DNA of 64,000 nt, taken from contig OX597816.1 in NCBI GenBank assembly GCA_951406725.2, positions 156,178,001 to 156,242,000 of the forward strand, in the 5' to 3' direction. The notes under the pieces were generated by a model, which was not told the origin of the DNA, ran no database searches, and saw nothing but the letters and a program-made list of their open reading frames with translations. The translations under genes were made by a program, and so were the position numbers. Of the stretch, positions 56,181 to 64,000 are shown piece after piece. The DNA is from Octopus vulgaris (taxonomy: Eukaryota). Every line of letters starts with the position of its first letter. The first letter of the stretch is position 1.

Positions 56181-57513
56181 TGTCGGCGAATTTCCTGGCG
56201 ACGAATTGTCTGACCACACGATGAAACACCTTTCATAATTTAATTGTATCTGAAACACCACTACTTCTACTACTACTACTAATGATGCTGCTGCCACCGA
56301 CCCCACCACCACCATTAACACCGCCGCCGCCACCACCACAACCGCGTCGCCGCCGTCACCACCACCATCAACACCACTACTACCACCACCAACACCATCA
56401 TCCAGCTATGGTTGTCTACATCTATAACTATATTCTCATGCTATTATGATTTAAAATTGAAATTGTTAATAGCCACGAAACTAGAGCAGTATCAGGGGGT
56501 GAGTGAGCCAAGCAGTCAGCTTGCCCTGCGCATGTTTGCATATAGGATGATACTGAAATATATGAGGGAGAGGTTTGATAGAAACGAAAGAAAACAGGAC
56601 ACGATCCTTCATGGTAACGCTTTATGTGTATGGACGTCATAAGTTCAATACCCATCGAGGTTCTGTATAAACTTCCATATCTTAGATGGCAGGTCAATAC
56701 GGTACTGTTGTTTAATTGAACGACATTTCCCTACCTCAGAACATGTCCTTCAGCCTCTGCCATAAATTTTTATTGAAATTTGGGGATTCTTGAAAACTTG
56801 CACAAAGTATCCGGTCACAAAATCAATTGGTAAATGCATTTTTGAAGTTTATGCTTGCTTCAGTGTTTTCCTCTTCATAAAAACACGATCATATTACAAA
56901 GCTGGTGTCAGGCTATATTGTTATGCACGTAAAACCAGAAAATATCAACATATTCTTCTGGTTTTCCATTGAGAGAAATTTAGCTGAAATATAAAACCAG
57001 CATAGAACAATACAAAAGACTATGTTAACTTCTGCTGCATTCACAGTTACATGGACTGAACTATTAAATGCAATTTGTTAGGGCTGGGGAGACTGAGCAG
57101 CGCCCTACAAAGTTCCAGTTACTCTTAAATGTAAGACAGATAGCCCTACCCAACAAAAAGAGAAAACAAGCAATCCTCTCAATTTGTATAATGTTTAACA
57201 ACTCCAGACATACAATTGTACGGAAATGTTATCTTCCATATAATGACATCAAAATGAAATAAAAATATATTTTTTTAAATGATATGTATATAGATGAATA
57301 ATTAGGTAACTGAAATGTGAATTGAGTGGAACTGAAAGGAAACAAGAAAGAACAATGAGACACGTTACATATCGAGTTCCGGCAATTTAAATCAACAAAA
57401 TATGAGAACACACAAACTGATAAACACGCACATTTAAAAACATTCTCTCTCCTACATCCGTATGGAACATACTATATACATGTGTGTGTGTTTGAGTGTG
57501 TGTACATGTATGT

Positions 57514-57551
<38 letters not shown>

Positions 57552-57836
57552 TAGTGTGTTGATAAGCCTCAAAAATGGCCAAACATCGATGTCCATCACT
57601 CGATGGGATTGAGAGTGTGCTATCTCGCCTGTCCACGTCTCTAAGATGTTTTAACACCGGTGACATGAGAGTTATATACACCGCTATGCCACCGGAAAAT
57701 ACATAGAGCGTATACATTAGTATATGTATTTAATAATATTTATTACACTAGAGCTGCTTTTAATTCATATATATATATATGTATCTCTATCTGAGCGTAT
57801 TTTGACATTAGACGCACCACTCCAACACAATCAAGC

Positions 57837-57871
<35 letters not shown>

Positions 57872-59146
57872 CATGCATCTAAGGACAGAGTGAGAAATAT
57901 ATAGACAGTCATACAGAGAATATTCTGTGTGTCGTGAGATTGGAAGTTAGCATAATTCCAAGTCACCCAAAGTATGACGACAGGACGACATTTGCGTTCT
58001 TCTGGATGTATCGAAATAAATCAATAGAAAACTTCTTCAAGTAAATGTTTATTTTTTTCCTTTTTACTTTTAATTGTTAACTTCTTTGTTATCGTTTTGT
58101 CTTTCAGTAGTATCAATGGAATCTTATTAGCTGTTGCGTTTGCTGACGTTCACTTCGACTGTCATTCATGCGTTCGTTTCGTGTTTTTATTCTAATTTTT
58201 TTGCTAGTTACTTTCGTTTGATATTTTGTTTGTTTCACATTCAATTCTTGACTATCACCAACAGATTGCCACACTGTCACGAGTTTCTCTGTCTTCTTTG
58301 TTTAGATGTATTTATGTGGCTTTCTAATGTAGTTTCTATATTTTATGTGTTTTGCGCATCGATTTTGTATAGCATGCATTTTCTTTCTTTCTTTCTGTCT
58401 CCCTCTCTTTCTTCCTTCTCTTTCTCTCTCATTCGCCCCTCTTATCTTTCTGTCGATGACGATATCGTTTCCTACATATGTTTATACACACATACATAAA
58501 CGCATATGTAAGCATTTATATACATATCTGTATATATGTGAAAGTATGCCTGTTCTCTCTCTCTCTTACGTGTGTTCTTGGACTATATTGTTTGCAGTCT
58601 TGTTTACTTTACGCACTATTGTTTATGTTCTTTTCCCGTTATTTATTTAATTTGCTTATTTATTACTTATCTATTTATTTACATTTTGGTATATTTATAT
58701 GTTAGTCGAGATGGCTTGTTGATAATATTCCTCTAATCACCTCTCGTCTTGTTATTTTCAACGTACTCTCCTGTTCCTTGTTTGCTTTTCTTCGCGTTAC
58801 TGTTGTTGGTATTATTGATATTAATGTACTCTTTGTTTCGTTTTTTTTTTCTGACTTATCGTTTTCTCCTTATCTTCCTTTTCTTTTGATTATTATTCAC
58901 TATAAACTTTCCACAAAACGCTACTGTCGTCGCCATTTCACGCGTGATCCAGCATTTCTGAATACATGAGGTCGATTCAAAGAAGCGGCGTGGAATCAAG
59001 CTGTAATTTCACTTGAGTTGATCAACCTTATATGTATCCGTAGAATTCAAAACGTTATCATGTTCTCGACTCAATGCCGCCGAAATCTTCACATTGCCTT
59101 CCGAACTCAATCATTGGCTTTTGTTGACATCGTAGGTTATTATAGA

Positions 59147-59529
59147 GTACTAGCCGACCCTGTGCCGCCGAAAATGACGGCTAATTGTAGTATTTTATAT
59201 ATAAATAAGGTACAAAATTAGGTACATAATAATCGCACATACAAACATTCACATACTCCCATAGTACATGCACGCGCATACACACATATACCCATGCAGA
59301 GTTAAAACGCTGATTTTTTTCACCCCTTCCTTCCTTATTCACCCCATCCTTTCTCTCATTGCTATTACTTTCTTTCATTCCCTCTCCGTCAGGGCTTTTA
59401 ATCTCACTACTTCTCCTTCACTGAATCATTATTTTTTCTCCTCCTCCGCGTTCGGGATGATTTTAAACAAGTACGTGTGTGTATATATATACAAATATAT
59501 AAAACCACCACGCTCATTATTATATTAGC
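59147..59529. mobile_element. Non-autonomous Helentron/DINE-like element
   Basis: Starts tactagccgaccc with an adjacent hairpin (gccgcc-gaaaat-gacggc), has a low-complexity interior, and ends cattattatattag. This architecture is typical of DINE/HINE-like elements. Confidence 0.55.
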
Positions 59530-60121
59530 AAATTTTCGAGTTTCGGAGACGGCCCTATTTCTATCTATAGTATACTGACCTTAGTCAAAAGCTCGATGAT
59601 TAGTAGTGTACCGGTAAATATTGCTTCGTCTCATTTGCCAAGTCTCATTTCCGTCGAGCGCTGACCCACATCGATGGGATGCTTAATGCTCTGTACAACA
59701 TGAACTTCCGGAAAATATAAGGGATACATTGCAGGTAAAACAGTACAGATTTTAGCTGTGAAATGTTTACTATACGGCATGGTTTAGTAGTTAAAGAGAT
59801 GTTTACAAATATATAGTTGGCGATTTACACGATAACCATGAGTTGAACCCTAATACCTAAAGGAAATTCGGTAAAGAAGAATAAGGTCGGTTGGTCCTGC
59901 ACATAGACACATGCGCTCAGGAATCTATCTCTACAACTGCATATGCGTCTGAGTTCGTATGTACGTGTGTATGTATGTCATTATTCAGTTTATTTGAAGA
60001 TTTCTTGCCAAAAGAAACGGATTCTAACCTAGATCCAAGGCCCCTTTATTGGAATTTCAACATCAACAATAGGGCATTTTTGCATGTATGTATTATATAT
60101 GTATGTATACATGTATGTATG

Positions 60122-60207
<86 letters not shown>

Positions 60208-60213
60208 TGTATG

Positions 60214-60243
<30 letters not shown>

Positions 60244-60244
<1 letters not shown>

Positions 60245-62340
60245 GGAGGCTGATGAGATACAGGCACACAAAGCTGCTGTATGGTCATTTGCGAGGAGTT
60301 TATGGACCGACTTGTCTGGTGACACCACTTCGAAGCAGGGATGGTAAAGAACTTACTTCGTGATTCACAGGTAATTCTGTGAAGGTGGCAAGAACACTTT
60401 GATGAACTTTTGAATCAACAGTTTGTAGTTAGGGAGACTGTTCTCAATCTCATCCCTGAATTACCTGTGAAGCCGGCTCTCGCGGAAGCATAAATGTCGG
60501 AAGAAGTTGCGGTGGCTGTCTTAAGGATGAATAATAGGTCTCCGTGTATGGATAGCATACATGCGGAGTTGTTACTGCATGGCGGTGAGAAACTTCTGCA
60601 GCAACTTCACTCCTTGTTTGGCAGGATATGGGCTAGTGAATCTGTACCTGAGGACTGGAAAGATACAGTAATGGTGGTCTTATATAAGGGAAAGGGCAAC
60701 AGGAATAAATGTGGTAACTATAGGGGAATACCATTGCTTTCTGTCGTAGGAAAGTGTTTATGCAGGGTACTTCTGGATCGTATGCTAAAATACGTTGCAC
60801 ATTGTGTTCTTCCAGAAAGTCAATCTTGGCTTTCGTGTGAGATGCGGCACTGCTGATGTGATCTTCTCAGCTACACAGCTTCAGGAGAGGTGTGTGGAAC
60901 AGGGTCTGGATTTATATCAGGTTTTTGTCGATCTGAGAAAAGCCTTTGATAAGGTTAATAGAAATGCACCGTAGAAAGTCCTCTGGAAACTCGATTGTCC
61001 TGAAATGTTCATTGCTTTTCATGAAGAAATGAAGGGTAGAGTTAATGCAAGAGATAAAATGTCGGAGCCCATCTCAATACAAAATGGAGTGAAAAAGGGT
61101 GATATTCTGGCACCGACCTTATTTGCCATATATTTTGCGATGGTTTTCTGTATTGCGCTCAGAAATTGCAGATATGGTGTTTACATGTATTATCGAACCT
61201 CTGGCAGCATATATAATATCAGGTGTTTTGCTGCAAAAACAAAGGTAATTACCTCATAAGAGACCTTTTGTATGCAGATGACTGAGATTTATATGCAACA
61301 CATTTTGAATGCATTCCCTGATGCTTGCACTACCCTAGGATTGACAGTCCGTCTCACGAAAATGGTTGTCATGTACCAACCTGTCCCTGTTAAGTAGTAG
61401 AGTGAACCAAAAGTTTAAGTGTATGGTAAACGACTTGGTGTAGTTGATCAGTTTGTCTACCTGAGAAACACTGTTAATAGATATAGCAATTTGAATAATT
61501 GATGCTTTCGGAAGGCTAGAAAGGCGCCTCAGAAGGTGTTTATATCTGCTGTAAATACATTGACACCTCTGGAGTCGGCGAGACATATGCAGGAAGAGAA
61601 AGATAAAAGTATACAATGCGTCCGTGCTTTCTTCTCTTCTTTATACCTGCGAGACCTGAGTCACATATCGATACCACCTTAAACAACTGGAACGTTTCCA
61701 TCAGATGTGTCTCAGACGGATCTATGGTATTAAGTGGAAGGACCGCATCAGTGATCTTGAGATATTGGAAAGCTCTCGGTGTGAAAGTATAGTAGCACTT
61801 GTGTTGAGGCAAAGGTTCAGATGGGGTGGTCATCTGGTCAGAAGAAAAGATTCAAGGATGCCAAAACAACTCTTTTATGGAGAGTTAATTAAAGGACAAC
61901 GACCTCCACATAAACCAAAAAAGAGGTATAAAGACTTGCTGAAGGCTTCCTTGAGAGATACTGGCATCTCTCCTAACACATGGAAGGGCATTGACCCTGC
62001 CTCAGTAAAGCTGGACTCAAGAGTCATCTTCATAGTCATAAAGTGAGACCGATGATTGATTACCAGGCTGCTGCTGGTGGTGCTACACACCATATTAATC
62101 ATATCTCTCAGGCATGTGGAAGGAAGTGTGATTCGGCGGGAGGACTTAAATGATATGCAAAGGTACATGAACCCCAATTACAATTGCAGCCGGCTATTGC
62201 CGGTAAAGGTTTTAGCTGCCAATTCTGTACAAGACATTGGAGATCCTTAGCTGGGCTATAAAGTCACATTTCATCACAGCACTCTTAACAGTTAAGCCTC
62301 GTGCCATAGCCATACACGATAATGAGGGGGCAGCCATCAG
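60244..62340 (+). mobile_element. RTE-clade LINE, 5'-truncated and decayed
   Basis: Motifs YKGKGNRNKCGNYRGIPLLSVVGK, LPESQ, FVDLRKAFD, GVKKGDILAPTLF, LLYADD, LRRIYGIKWKDRI and RWGGHLVR..DSRMPKQLFYGEL. (TATG)n on both sides. Confidence 0.93.
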
Positions 62341-62429
62341 GTATGTATGTATGTATGTATGTATGTATGTATATGAATATATGTGAATATATATGTAAGT
62401 GTTTGTGGGAATATGTATAGATATATATC

Positions 62430-62500
62430 TCTCTATCTATCTACCCGTCCATCCATCCATCCGACCATCCATCCATCCATCCATCCACCCATCCATCTCT

Positions 62501-62559
<59 letters not shown>

Positions 62560-62590
62560 CCACACACACACACACATATACATATATATT
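62430..62590. repeat. (ATCC)n/(ATCT)n/(CA)n microsatellite
   Basis: Visible. Confidence 0.9.
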
Positions 62591-64000
62591 AATGTATTTT
62601 TATGTCCTGTTATAATAAAAACAATTTTACATCAACCTAAAAGATTACTCAATATTTTTATAGAGTAAAAAATTGTTGTTTAATGAGGATATTATTGGCA
62701 GTGACTTCGAAGTACCAGCTACTTAAGCCATAGAGGAGAGAGAGAGAGAGAGAGGAAGAGGAGGAAAGAGAGAAGGCGAAATAAAGAGGGAGAAAGTGAG
62801 AGAGAGAGAAAGAGAGAGAGAGAAAGAGAGAGGGAGAAAGAGAGAGGACAAAAGTAAATCGTGTGCTGATACGTGTACAACCTGCATATATATCTCGGCC
62901 ATTTACATACATTGCTTGTTATCAGTTTTTTCAGATCTTGAATATTATAAGAACAACGTTTTGCGGAGGAATCACCTTTTTTTTTTACATAATGAATGTT
63001 AAAGCTGACAGAGAATCTCAATTTGCGTTTTATTGTTCATGGATATGTGTGTATATGAGTATGTGTATGTCTGAGTGTTTGTATGTGTGTTTGAGTGTGT
63101 GTGCGTGTGATAGTCAGAGAAAACACATTTTTTAATTTACTTCACTGAAAGAGCATGTAAAAAGAAAATGATTTAACGAAGTTATTGCAATCACGTTAAA
63201 TAACGATAATATCACAACTGAAAATCTTTAAACGGCACAGTTTACGTTCTTGGCAATTGAATTTCCTATTCCACCCATGTACCTCAGCAGATTACATGTG
63301 GTTGGTTCGTAGATCATTTTGCTGATAACGTCTTAAAACATTAATAATGAAATACTATTACCTTCACCGAAATACTTTAGTTTAAGTATACATTAAGTTA
63401 CTTTTAAAAAGTAATTTTCCGCTGTGCATTACTAGTTTTGAACGAAATTATGGAGGCAGGTCAAACTTTTTCATGATCTTACATTCAAACTTAATACATA
63501 CATATAATCATGCATATATGCACACAAATTGAAGACGCATGGTTTAAAGATGAATGTGATCGACTCTGAGCAAAAGGTAATGTGTTCAATTTGTGGAACT
63601 GTTGACAAGGTTTGTCCTTGAGTAAGACACTTTATTTCAGGTTGCTACTGTTGACACAATTATAACGAATACCAACCGAATGCTGGTAAATCGTTCCCCT
63701 TTTGACTACTACATCCTGGATACTTTGCTAAGTCATGAATGTGTGAGGGGGGAGCAGAAGGTGCTTATATCAGCTGTAATTACATTGAGACCTAAAATAA
63801 TTAGTGAAAGCATGCTACATGTTACCAAACAATATTTACCAGTGGTAGCTAGTTGTACATACGAACATTTTCAGATACTAAAATTCCCATCAAAAAGATA
63901 CCTATTTCCATCTGTGGAAACTTGTGTGTGAATACGTTTTTTTATCCATTAGGAGGGACTATAATAGAACAAGAATGACTTCCTAGCTTTCATGACTATT

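Noticed and set aside
62056-62250. ORF resembling a signal-peptide or neuropeptide precursor (MITRLLLVVLHTILIISL...RR)
   Set aside because: It lies inside the 3' end of the RTE element, overlapping its decayed C-terminal region.

Overview
AT-rich, repeat-saturated animal genomic DNA. The repeat families and the extreme load of (TA)n, (CA)n, (ATCT)n, (TATG)n and (AAT)n tracts suggest an octopus or other coleoid cephalopod (inference from recognition, not a search). Almost all ORFs in the supplied track are microsatellite translations. The only recognisable protein-coding sequence belongs to decayed transposons: a Neptune-type Penelope-like element (PLE; RT + GIY-YIG, ~16.6-19.1 kb), a Nematis-type PLE (~29.2-31.0 kb), an R4/Dong endonuclease fragment (~20.0-20.6 kb, -), a CR1-group LINE (~24.5-26.1 kb, -), an RTE LINE (60.2-62.3 kb) and a Tc1/mariner transposase fragment (~56.1 kb, -). 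Also present are four SINE families, several MITEs or foldbacks and a Helentron/DINE-like element. The most interesting structures are: (i) several minimal type I hammerhead ribozyme motifs in PLE termini, including an inverted pair at 48.86-49.57 kb where one copy is intact and the other has lost its catalytic core; (ii) a ~1.2-kb palindrome made of two copies of a ~555-bp (AAT)n-associated element; (iii) apparent partitioning of retroelement families among microsatellite types. No host gene could be identified, only low-confidence exon candidates. I found no convincing wholly new biological system. All coordinates were counted by eye, and element boundaries are approximate.
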